DNA of 58,468 nucleotides, filler included, from Perkinsus olseni (Eukaryota): NCBI GenBank assembly GCA_013115125.1. It is 7 parts of 7 records of this genome, joined end to end, with 100 filler letters (N's around TTAATTAATTAA, not from the genome) between each part and the next. Parts side by side here need not be neighbours in the genome. Positions count along the whole stretch, not along the records: positions 1 to 8,359 come from JABANN010000974.1; positions 8,460 to 16,816 come from JABANN010000975.1; 5 more parts are not named here. One strand, 5' to 3'. Shown piece by piece: positions 1 to 11,289 of this stretch (position 1 is its first letter; each line of letters starts with the position of its first letter). The notes under the pieces were generated by a model. It saw only the letters and a program-made list of their open reading frames with translations, ran no database searches and was not told where the DNA came from. The position numbers and the translations under genes were made by a program.

Positions 1-445
1 ATCAACAATCAGGCGTCACAGGCGAGCGAACTCACGACGCTAACAGCTCGCGCCCGGCTGGCGCTGCACAACAGTGGCAGACTGCCACTGGCAGTGCCAC
101 TAGTATGAAGTTTATCGATGATTCATTGATTAGTCCTGAATGAAGCTGTTCATTGCTGAAAAGAGAAACGTCGGCCAACGTCCGATGGTGAGTTATTGGT
201 CCAATAACAGAATAGTTAAACTTCGAGTTCACAGTTGCATCGTACTCGTGTCGCAAAGTTTGTTTCAGAGATAGTTTGCGACGCAAACTATCTTGAAACA
301 TCTGCTTCCCGTTCCCATTTTCTCGGATGCTCCCTGCCGTCTGCGACGGGTGGACTTAGAGCCCAGACGAATTCAACGATTCGTCGTATCTCTTCGAACA
401 CTATACACGGCATAGGAAGCCATCTATGTATGCTATTTAGTCACC

Positions 446-534
446 GACAGTTTGGCCGAGCGGTCAGGGCCGCTAGAGTCAGGCGTTAGTCCGAAACTTT
501 CGGACGGGCGCGAGTTCGGGTCGCGCAGCTATTA
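446..534 (+). pseudogene. Degenerate tRNA-Leu(CAG)-derived sequence (pseudogene)
   Basis: Starts GACAGTTTGGCCGAGCGGTC (A-box), has anticodon loop GT-CAG-GC, a long variable arm, and T-arm GCGAG-TTCGGGT-CGCGC. Acceptor, anticodon and T stems are mismatched, and a 9-nt inverted insertion CTTTCGGAC sits in the variable arm. Confidence 0.7.
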
Positions 535-1807
535 TGATATCAAAGATCATTTCCAATGGTCCTGTCAGCTCGGCAGAGAGTGCTCCGAGTTGTAGAGGTA
601 AATCCCGAAGGGGTTTATAAACGGTGAAGCCAGGACGGCAGGGGACGAAGTTTGTGTGCTGGCGTTCTAGGGTTGTAGCCATGATGGATGCAGCTTCTCG
701 ATCTAACCACTGATCACCGTCGAGTTAACATCCTAGTACTGTGGAATCTCGTGCTCGACGAAAGGTAGGCGGCTTTGTGAAACGCGTGAACCGAAGCCAT
801 CTTTCGCCTGTCAGTTTGTCTGACCAACTTTGTCATCATCTTTCCTTGGTAAACAATTTGAGCGGCTCTGCAGCTTCTGCGTGAGCCGATCGATCCTAGC
901 CAACGCACCAACCGAGACTACAAGTCAGCCTGGGCCTACTCCAATATCCGGGTTGTAGGCTGGGCTGGCCGCAGTGCGGCCGCCGCACACACGTAGGGGC
1001 TGTGAGCTCGCTGTGCGCAGACAAACATGGGAACCGCTGAGGGTAGAACAGCAGGGAGGTAGTCCGACTACCGTCGTCGTTTTAACCCTTTGTTTCCCTC
1101 ACTGCCACCGCTGCAACTCTCAATCCCCGTAGAGGTTTCAGGAGCGCGAAGAAAATCACGAAGAAGGAAAAAGATCACTTCCCCGGAGACGAATGCCAAC
1201 TTCAAGTTGGCAACTTGGCAATGCCAAGTGCTGGACAATGAAGGAGAGCCTCGCGTCGTGCCTGCCTGGAGGCACCAGGCAGGCACCAGACTGGTGCCTC
1301 TGGAGCAATCAGCTCGTTTTCATCGGCAAAAGTCCTTGTTACCACCCCTGACCCGACACCGAGAATCAATCCCAGTGGGATTATCTCACGAATATCAGCT
1401 CGATGACCCCGCAATCGAATATGTGGTCGAATTAAGAGACATTCCTAGTCGTGGAACTGTTAGCGCCAATGAGATAAGCGTAGAACTCGAATGCCTTGCT
1501 CCGCCACATTACTGCTGTCTGTAGTATAAGCTACGCATCATAGTCCTATCAGTGTAACACAAATGATTCATATAGATTCTAAATTTCAGAATTCAACCGG
1601 CAAGGAAACTCTCAGGGTACCAAAAAGAGCCTCAATGAATGGGCGGCAATTACTCAAGTAAATTCAAATAACTGGCCGAAGCCACGTCACTGCTGTGCGC
1701 CGCAGACAAGGCTGCGCTCTGGGGAGCCTCCGACACCCTATGGGCAGGAGGCTAATACTTTCAGGCTGAGAGCACTATCATGTCTACCAACGTTTGAAGA
1801 CACACAG

Positions 1808-1960
1808 CATACGCTTAAAGAGGATTCGGGGTCGCCCTTCCAGCACATCATACGTTTAAAGAGGATTCGGGGTCGCCCTTCCAGCACATCGTACGTTTAA
1901 AGAGGATTCGGGGTCGCCCTTCCAGCACATCGTACGTTTTAAAAAAGGATTCGGGGTCGC
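1808..1960. repeat. Tandem repeat, 41-bp unit, about 3.7 copies
   Basis: Unit C(A/G)TACG(C/T)TTAAAGAGGATTCGGGGTCGCCCTTCCAGCACAT starts at 1808, 1849, 1890 and 1931 (partial); there are no unique spacers. Confidence 0.95.
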
Positions 1961-2668
1961 TCAATCGCCCAGATACAGCCGCTCGGGCCTCACTCGTCTC
2001 GCCAGCATACCGATTCAGCTTCGCTGAAGTCTTCGGGCATCCTATTTGAAGTGCGCGGTCACCGCGCCGCGGTGCATTTGAAAGAGGAACTTCGACGGCG
2101 CCCTGTCCGCCTCTTTCGGAGCTCCGTCTGCAGTTGCGAGTTGATATTGAACTTTCCAACCCAACATCATGAACATTCGAGGCCTTTCACTTTCTGGTAT
2201 GTAAAAAGCTCAAATAGCTAATAGAGGCAGGCCTGGTTCTGAGGATACCGACTACTCGACATGTGACGTCAAAATCTTGTTAAATATTATCCTCTTTATT
2301 ATAATCAGTTTGGTCAAGTTGATTGACTTAAAATGAGTTGACAAAGGATATTACATGTAACATCAGCGAAGGATCCACTCTGGTAGACTGCAAAGTTTCC
2401 ATGAGTTATGATCCCGAGTATGGTGCGATAACTCCTCTTGGACGGGCGGCGAAAGAGAATAGTATCAACCCCATCTTCAAAAGGCCAAGTTTATTTCATC
2501 GTAAGTAGAAAGATATCACCGAATCAACAAAGGACGTCTCCTGCAGACCCAGCCTATGGATGTATCGGCTCCGCCGTTGCTCTGACCTTGAGGAGAAGTG
2601 GAGCGATTAGGAGAAGCAGCAGAGTTAAGAATAGGATCTGCACCGCAGGCTGCCACGTGTAGTGATCT

Positions 2669-5254
2669 TCAGAAGTATACCGGGCTAGCATGCCAGATCT
2701 CCCACGACCACCTCCAGTTGTCACTCGACAGCAGGATATTCACCCACGCAGTCACGAATGCCTCCGACTTGAAAGCCCACTTGTTCGGTAGCTTGTCGAG
2801 TGTGTTCCCCTTGATGTTAATTCCAGCACCAGCACCAGCGATAAATAGGGACATACTTACGCCAATCTCACCGTAGGCCGTGATAACGTTGTTAGGAGCC
2901 GCTGTGATACCAATCTTTGCATAGATGGTAATGTCCATGATGCTTCCAACCACGGGGAGATTTACTCTAAATGAAACCGCTATCTTCGCTTCAGCCCTGA
3001 ATATCTGCTTGGCCGTATCATCAGAGACCTTCCCCTCGATCGAGACCACGATACTCAAACTGGCTCCTTCACCCATCTGCCACACCGTAACTGATCCCTG
3101 GGCCACGAGCTCCAACCTCAGAACACTCTGACCAAGCTCCTTGCCGACTACGATTGCGAGGAAGAGTTGAGCCTTTTTGTTCTTATCATTCACATCAACG
3201 AACGTCATCCCTGCCTTCAGCGTATAAGTCGAGATGGTCGCATCGACGGCGACGAAGAGGCAGAAGTCAGGGAGCTCCAAAATGGCAGCAATTCTATTTT
3301 CCCAATCTTTCCTGCGGAAAATTTCCTGCCGCAACAAAATGGTGGAAAAATATGGAAAAATAGCAAAAAAACGTGAAACCACAGGAAATCCACCCAAAGA
3401 ACCGTTTTTCGGCCCACCCGTAAGCCGAAGCGTGGGAACCGGAGGCTTGGCAGTAGAATTTTCGCCACTGGTGTCGCAAATCGGGGGACAGACTGCGATT
3501 TGCAACGCAACGCGCCAACCCTGGGCGGGCGCTCATACAAAATGCGCATTCTCAACTCCAACGGCTGCTCTTCCCCCAGAGATCCGACGTGCTGGGCAAT
3601 GAGTTCTGAGTTGACCTTTCCTCTCTTTCATTCACATATTTCCATAATGGATCCTCGCCCACAGGAATGGAATAGACGTGATTGGCGCGCGTAAGAACGA
3701 ATTGGACATATCGCCGATATGATATCGGGAATCTCTTGTGAGTTCCCTTTTTCTTAGGTACTTTGTGCTCGATGGCCGTAAGTTACGGCCCGTAACGGCT
3801 ACCGTTGTCGACTTCGTGGCTACGCACAAGGGGTAACATCCGCCGACAACAGCAACACGTTCAAAAGAGACACCAGGGGACCCTGGACTCCAGGGCCTGG
3901 AGGGAGGAGGAGGAGGTGCCCTGGGCAGTGCCCAGTGGGCACCGTCAACCAAACGACATTTCGATCTTGCGTTCGTGCAGGATCTAGCAAAGTTTCCAAT
4001 ACTTGGACTGTGGCGTTTTACAAGAGACTCATAGGGTGAATTAGATTTGTGGGCACGCCTCGCAAAATCAGCTTTCCTTTGCACACTCGCAAACCCGACG
4101 GATTGAAGATTAACGCGCGAAGCGCGGAAAATTTTTCCATATTTTTCCATTGTTGCCGTATTTTTCTGTATTTTCCCATTTTCCCATCCACCCCACCATT
4201 CTTTCCAACGGCGGAGCACCCTGGCAGAAGTTCAGAAAAGCTGTTCCACCGGTGTTGTTGCAATTGGGGGGGAACTCAAATTTAAGCAGTTGAAGGAGGC
4301 GCCTCTCATACTGGTGATGGAAGAACGTATACGCCGCAGTGCCCTCGGCAACGTCGAAGTACGGGATGATATCCTGGCTTTCCGTAGCTCCGCGCATCCT
4401 CTTGCCAGAAGGTACCAGTCAACCCCTTGGCCGTCTCCGAAGAACTCCCGTTCAGACTCGCACACGTAGGGAGCCCCCAGGAGATCTTCACATACTTTGG
4501 GAACCTCCTGGCTCTCTCCAACAGATAATATGCGAGACCGGATACCATACATGGTGTGCACTTCTTTGATAGAGTCCTCCACAGTGAGCGTTTCATCCAA
4601 AGTGCGGTAGTTGGAGTACTCTGTGACCCGCAGGACCTTGTTGCAGAAGGAGTTAGACCCGACCAGCTTCACAGGTTTTGAGTCATCAGAGTCGGTATAG
4701 AACGTCCAAACATTAGGCTGCATACAAGTCTGATAGACGGCTGTGTAATTGAAGCCAGAGGCCTTATCGATGCCCTGTGGCCCACGTTTGGTCCACTTGT
4801 GTAACGCCTTGCCGTCAATATTGGCCAGGCCTCCGTCAGTCCAACCATCTTTACTCAGCCCAGCACCGTAGAGGCGCTGAGCTTGGAACTCGGGCGTGCT
4901 GTCGACGAGAGCGATGGCTTGGTGGTTGTACAGCTGATGGAGTTTGACGTTATTCGGGGTCTCGGTGTACATGAAATACTGATAGGGGCGGCTTGGCATA
5001 GCCTTGACCCTCACGTTGCCATCTTTAGCAATAATGATATGCTCCCTTGTAGTAAGAGAACCGTCCTCCATACCAGGCAACGTCAGCCCGAGAGTCTCTC
5101 TAGCTCGAGATATGCCACAGGGGACGGGATTGCCATGAGCGTCCTTCAAATCTCTATTGCAAAGGTTAGTCGTAGTAGCATGGAAGACCGCCGCCCTACC
5201 CGTGAACTCCGCGCGGACAGCGTAAATGATGCATAGAATAGTTAGTTGGATCAT
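2669..5254 (-). pseudogene. Secreted protein gene (about 540 aa when reconstructed) disrupted by a frameshift near 4405 and a hAT insertion at 3268-4223
   Basis: Signal peptide MIQLTILCIIYAVRA. Removing the element and one TSD fuses ...GGTAFLNFC to LFVAVDATISTY... in frame, ending WEIWHASPVYF*. A 1-nt shift links DWY.. to SGKRMRGATES. Confidence 0.8.
3268..4223. mobile_element. Non-autonomous hAT-superfamily DNA transposon (956 bp)
   Basis: Termini CAGGGAGCTCC...GGAGCACCCTG; 8-bp TSD GCAGAAGT (3260-3267 and 4224-4231); inverted subterminal motif GGAAAAATATGGAAAAAT / ATTTTTCCATATTTTTCC; no recognisable transposase ORF. Confidence 0.93.
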
Positions 5255-7317
5255 TGTGACTTGTCAAGACTTAACAACTGGCAAAGCAGTATAGTATCTA
5301 CGGCGAAGTGAACTAATTGTCTAGGGGAACTCGACCCAGGGGGCTGGCGAGGATACGAACTTCGTATTACGAAGCTATGGGCTAGCGGCGCGGGGCTTCA
5401 GTGGCTCCCTGCCGCTCACTGGTGATTATGCCGAGTGCTCATCCAGCAATACAAATTTGGTGAACCGTTTAGACAAGCAATGGGCTCTCTCTAATGAGGA
5501 AGAGAAAAAGATGAGCCAAGCCGACTTGTCAGTCAACTCGGCCTCAGAGCAGCGGGGGACCCCTATTCTAAAGGGAGACAGGGAGTACGCTGCGTCCCTC
5601 TGCCGCACGCGCACCGGCGTTCTAGATCAGCACTGGATCCCACCGTCATGATGATAATGGTGATGAATAGCACTTCGACCTTCGCCGTGTGCCAGCGTAA
5701 GCATTCGGAAAGGTTATGTGGGAGTGCTTGGCTAAGTTGCCCTCTCGAGTAAAGGCTGCGGTTGCACCGGGAGGAGTCCTGACACCAGTTGTCTGCCGGA
5801 GACAGCTAATGGCAAGGTTTCGTGCCCTGCGATGGCGCTCGTTGAAAATCCTCTCTCCAGCACTGTTCGGTCAGCAGGCAATACTACCCCGACTTTGTAG
5901 ATCGGCGTAGAGCGTCCGGCGTTCAGACTCAGAACTTCTGTTGAGAGCTGTGCGAATATGCGATATCCCTCGTAGTTCCCTGGCAGTGTTACTTATCAAT
6001 GATAAGTTATCATGCGCCGATCTTCTCGTGCATGCGTGCATAGCCGAAACTCCATCAACCCCGCATAGATCATAGAATAGGCCTCTGCGTCTCTCCCGGC
6101 TGAAGGTCACACTATGGGTAACAACCGAGCGAAAGGCAGCCATCCGATCTGGATGATTCAGAAGCAAACCTACCACCTATCGATCTACTCCGGTTCGGAA
6201 TAACTCTTCGGAGTACCCGAAGAGTTTCACTAGCGTGGACCTTCCCCCAGTGAGAGGCCGTCGCAGTTTGGAAACCTTAGCCTATGGTCCATAGGACTGC
6301 AGTCACCACTTGGAGATCTGTCCCATGGTCCATACTATGGAATCCATAGGATAGATCTCTCACACGGGATCTGCCCTATTCTCTGATAGAAGCTTTCCTT
6401 CTACATCGTGCTGTACATGGTACATTCGCCATGGCGTTGTGGCCACGTCCCTCTTAGTCATACACCCGTCGGTTCATCGAATAGACCCTATTCAATGGAG
6501 CCTCTATTATAGAGGTGATGCCGGTTCAGGCAGCTCTCCTCTCTCTGTCTGGGTGTGCGAACCATCCACAGCACACCGCGCATCCATGTTACGTGTTCCA
6601 TGATACCGCTGACAGAATGGAATCCTCCAATCGAATCGGGACGTAACTACCACTAGCAGTTCCCTAGTGAGGCTCTGTTTGAACACCAGACGCCGACGAG
6701 AGTCCCGCTGCGGTTCCGCAGTGGTTCGAGTGTGGGCGTCTGCCTTGCCACAGTTCGATCTTCAGAAAGACGAAAACGATACTCGAATGAAGAGTCTTCA
6801 TTCGAGCATCTACTGTATTGATCTTTCCTTCATTGAAGGCCGCCCGGCGGCGGAACCTCTATACCGCCCTGCGTTTTGGAGGCTGCTGTTACCGCACCGT
6901 TATTATGATGATCAGATCATACCGTATGATTCATACGCAGCAGCTGGCGAGTGGAAGAGTAATTGAAGACCACTGCAGAAGTGGTGTGACAGCCGGCACC
7001 ATCTGTGCTGAGAAACGTGGAGATCGCACGATGTACAGCACGATGTATATAGAGAGATTTCATCAGCGGGACCTCCATTCCCGAAACGGAACTTCCGTTT
7101 GGGGACGGTTGCCTATCTCAGCCTGGCACAGTCTCTCTGTACGCGGTTTGCGCGGTTTTCGGCTTTTTTCTGTGGTTTTCGCGATGTGGTTTGCGTCTAT
7201 TCGGATGACGTAGGCCTGAATCAGGCCTGATGCTACACTATGCAAGAACGTGCAGGGGATTTCCTATCGATTCGATAGTACCGAACTCTCAGTGAGAGTC
7301 TCAACGCCCATCTTAGA

Positions 7318-7696
7318 TGTTGCAGAATCTGCAATGCGGATCTATGAAGCGAACCTTTTATGGCGAGCTAGATTTGCATTGGTCGCGCATCTTAGCTAGG
7401 AACTTCCTAGCTAAGATGTGCGACCAATGCTTCCTAGTAGGAAGCTAGACTTAGCGCTACGGTTGCTCTCAGTGAGTTAGAGAGTGTCCGTTTTACTGTC
7501 CGTTCGTACGACTGCGTACTGTTTCGTCCTTCTATCTACGGTTATCTGCTGTATCTCTGGTTAATACTAGAGATCCTTAGTTGGCCTATTATTATCGTCT
7601 ATCGTCTTGCTCCAAGACTCTTGGTGAACCTGGTATTGTGTTGCCAGTACCACGGTCGATATAAGGAGGTCTTTAAATGAAACGCATTCCACAACA
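7318..7696 (+). mobile_element. Possible LTR (TGTTG...CAACA), scarred by palindromic footprints
   Basis: Imperfect inverted termini TGTTGCAGAAT / ATTCCACAACA followed by TGG. No clean TSD and no internal ORF. Confidence 0.3.
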
Positions 7697-7932
7697 TGGA
7701 TCTTAGTAATATCATATTACGACTCGTAATTTACGAGACTACTGAAAAAAGGTAACCTAGTAGGGTCCTCTTGTGGTCCACAAGTTGTGGATATGTGAGC
7801 AGACCCAGTTAGATGAATCAATAGGTACTACCTATTAGGTAGGAGTACTGTAGGTGTTCAACACCTACATTACTCCTACACCTGGTGTTGTAGGTCTTTG
7901 ATCCTAATTGGGACAAGCCCAGGGCTTCGAGC

Positions 7933-8359
7933 CAGGGTGGTTGATGAGTGGAAAGGATCGTTACAAAGTTTCCGGGAAAGGAAAGAATTGTAACAGGAAA
8001 GAATGGGACCGGAAAGGAGTGGCGGCAAAAGTGCCCTCCCCCTTTCCTTAACAATCCATTACCCCTTCTCGTCCCTACGCTATCGATCCGCCGCTATGAT
8101 TACTACTAACTTGTTTAGCTGGTACAACTCGGACAATACCACAGCCTTGGTTGCACCAAGGCTGTGGTATTGTCCGAGTGGCAGAAGCTCTCACTATGAT
8201 TGGGAAAAATATTGGGCGCGCGATGGTGATGTTCCGCGGGCACTATTCAAATCTCGCTCGCCCAGAACTGCACCTGAGCAATTTCGTGAACAGCGGATCG
8301 AGCGTGCGAGAGTAGCGAGTGTGAAATCGCAGAGAAGGAGGATGCGCACCGTAAAGATT
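7933..8359 (+). mobile_element. End of a hAT-like DNA transposon, truncated by the contig end
   Basis: Starts CAGGGTGGTTGATGAGTGG; the first ~86 bp are nearly identical to 26810-26895 on another contig, with unrelated flanks. Confidence 0.75.
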
Positions 8360-8459
8360 NNNNNNNNNNNNNNNNNNNNNNNNNNNNNNNNNNNNNNNNN
8401 NNNTTAATTAATTAANNNNNNNNNNNNNNNNNNNNNNNNNNNNNNNNNNNNNNNNNNNN
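8360..8459. other. Artificial contig spacer (also 16817-16916, 25184-25283, 33532-33631, 41861-41960, 50178-50277)
   Basis: Identical 100-nt N runs with a central TTAATTAATTAA (stops in all six frames); contigs are in descending length order. Confidence 0.99.
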
Positions 8460-8732
8460 GAAGCTGTCCACGATATGAGAGACGCGAGCTCCCAGCGTGT
8501 TTCGAGAAGCGAAAGGGGAGGGAATCATAAAAATCGGGTATCCTGGTAGAAACTGCGGGGATATTCTTGAACTCTTAGGGTATTTCAAGTATTTGCCTGG
8601 GGCGCGCGCTTAGCGAGCGTCTTGTACGTGCAGGTTAGGTCTGGTGCTGCCACGTAGATGTTGCAGGCCATGCGATGTACCTTTACTGCAATTTTTTCTG
8701 TTGGTCAGCCTTGAACGCTTTAAGCGCATAAG

Positions 8733-9735
8733 ATGGATTCCATCGAGGTTTGGAAGTTACTCTCGATATTCACCACCTTTGCTGTGGCAGCTGTTGGCAT
8801 GTGGGTATCTTTCTACTTCCGCAAATCTAAGCTATTTCCTCTTGGTTGTGCACTCGCCTGTGGTGTACTACTCGCCGTTGGCCTCACTCATAGCCTCCCC
8901 GAAGGGGTCGAAGGCTTAGAGACCTGGTCAGAGGACAACCTCGATGGGTATCCCTTCGCCTATCTTCTATGCGCTGTAGCAATAGCCTTCCTCGCTATTC
9001 TCGAGGAAGGAGTACACGTATGGTTTGAACGTAGACACTCCCTACCGGTATGTGAGCATGGCCCGAGTTTCGTCGGCGAACCGTTGGATGCATCTAAGAA
9101 CGTCGAGGCTGATAAGCAAGTTCTGGACCCCCACATGCATCCTGACGTTCTTCTAGAGACATCAGCAGTCTTTGTATTCCTCGCCCTCTCTGTCCATTCC
9201 ATACTGGAAGGTATGGCTACTGGTGTAGCTTCTGACGTTGACGACTTGTATGGGACCCTTATCGCTATCTTGGCCCATAAAGGTTTGGCAGCTTTCGCTC
9301 TGGGTGCTAGCATGGTCGAAGCTGACGTAGCCCTCTACAGAGCAGTCTTGTACGGGGCCATTTTTGCGCTTGGTACCCCGGTGGGCATCCTCATCGGCTG
9401 GTTCGGCAGTCGTGGTGAAGACAGTGCAGGTAGGTCACTTTCGAGTCCTCATTCCCCCATAGCACCCCCGATTCTCAGGCCTTTTCGGCGGTGTTGCCAA
9501 TGCTTTGGCCGCTGGTACGTTCATCTATGTGAGTACCATGGAGTTCATGCCCATTACGTTCAAACACGATCGCAGTAATTTCGTATTCAAGGTAGTACTT
9601 GTGTCAGTATTATTACCCTAGCTTGCTCCCTCTCCTCTACTGATGCTGTTGCTTCAGGTACTCATGTTTATAGCTGGTTTCTCGCTGATGGCTATACTGC
9701 CCATCTGGTCGGAAGTCCACGATCACAGGCATTGA
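8733..9735 (+). CDS. ZIP (Zrt/Irt-like) zinc/iron transporter, 3 exons (8733-9429, 9479-9591, 9658-9735)
   Basis: Motifs GVLLAVGLTHSLP, ALSVHSILEGMATG, AILAHKGLAAFALG and, after splicing, LAAGTFIYVSTMEF; GT-AG introns of 49 and 66 nt. Confidence 0.93.
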
Positions 9736-9804
9736 TAACGAGTGCGAATGCAGTGATCAGTCCCAGGTTAGATTCTCTCATGTCTTCGTTTCCTTTTCTC
9801 TTTT

Positions 9805-10972
9805 TTATCTTTGGAGTTCTCTCGACACCAGATGTCGCGGTGTCTCCACAGTCACATTCACAGGATGTCGATGATCCATACAGACTCTCTGTAAAGAATT
9901 GACGTGCATGTTTGGTTTTAATGAGAAGGGGTCACGTCTTTCCGATAGCAGCCATAGTTGGCGGATAGTCCTCGTGCTGTTGTTCAGGGCTCCATTAGGA
10001 CACGCGTCGAGTCGCCGTCCTCTGAGGTCCCTGGGACACCTTGATATCTCACCCGTCTTAGTGAGCGTGAATAACGAAGATGCGCAACGTGCGGAAATGA
10101 GGCCCTGTGGCACGTGGCGCCGAGAATGGCAGTCAAACGATGGGAGCAGTAGCTGCGTCGAGCTCTAGAAGCTGTTGTTGCGGTTACGTGGTACAGCGCC
10201 CTCATGTGCTCATAGCGCATTCTTGCCGTCGTAGTTCGCATGGTAGAGGCTGAGATGACTCCCGTTTCCTCGGGCTGATTGACACTGAGCGCCGTTCAGG
10301 GGGCCTGAGGGGCTCTGGTGAAGACGTGCGCTCCATCCACTTGCTAGTAGTGGTAGTAGGTGTGGAGGGCAAGGATAGATCGGGATACGAAAAGGAGGAC
10401 ATTTCCGAGCTGTGTGTTGAGGTCGCTACTTTACAACTCCGAGGCTGGGTTATGTGTCAAGAATGATGGTGATTTATTACAGAAATGCTGTACTAAATCG
10501 GTATTATGAGTGCAGAGATGGGAAGATAATGAGGGTGTTTCGTGGGTGCGGGTGAGTCTGAATTGAGATTGTTATCATGGAGTGGTCGAATGGTTGGACA
10601 GTAGAAGAGGTGATGAGTCAAGAGCGCCCACGATGCTTCGGCCAGGCATTGCGGCAGCCGCAGGGACCCATACCGAGCGACTCTCGGATATACTCGACAA
10701 CAGCGAAGTTAAAGGAAGCCTCTAAATGGTTGAAGTTGGTTAAGGGTAGATTTTGGGGGTCGTGCTGGTGTACCGAAGCGCGTACGGAAGGATGTTATGA
10801 ACAGAGCCCAATGGCGTGAAGCGGTCAGTGATTGACTGGGTGGTGCTGGGAGTAGTAGTGTCCTCGGCGCTTCGCTGCCGGAATCTTTAGACGATGAGGA
10901 ACGAAAATGTAGCGAGGTGTCCATCTCTTCGTAGATAATGTTGTTTTGTTGGCATATCCAATAATCATGCAT
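9805..10972 (-). CDS. Hypothetical multi-exon Ser/Pro-rich protein (boundaries approximate)
   Basis: Several collinear short ORFs (e.g. SSPEPLRPPERRSVSISPRKR) separated by intron-like segments; no recognisable domain. Confidence 0.35.
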
Positions 10973-11289
10973 GCATGATACGAAACAAGTTGCTCGCCAT
11001 TCCTTCAGTCGTCTTATCCCCCACTCTCATTGCCATAATCCCTTCGCCTGCCTTATTCCCATCGTATCAATCACCTGTTGTTGGGGATAGACTAGTGGCA
11101 TTGGAAGGGCAAGTGAGGAACCTACAAGTACAGGTAATCTCCATGTTAGCACAGGATGTCCACAGGATGAGAGAGTGCTGTCGGAGATCCAGCAGCTACG
11201 CTTTACTGTATCCGTCATCCTCCCGCGTTTACATGATTCTCCTCGTCCTGCACGCAGGTCGCCCTACTCTGTGACGAGCTAAAGAAGGT

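Noticed and set aside
790-806. Resemblance to the perkinsid/dinoflagellate spliced leader (ACCGAAGCCATCTT)
   Set aside because: Only the 5' part matches, with a mismatch; GGCTCAAG and the GT donor are absent.
1808-1960. CRISPR-like array
   Set aside because: Units are contiguous with no unique spacers, there are no cas genes, and the context is eukaryotic.
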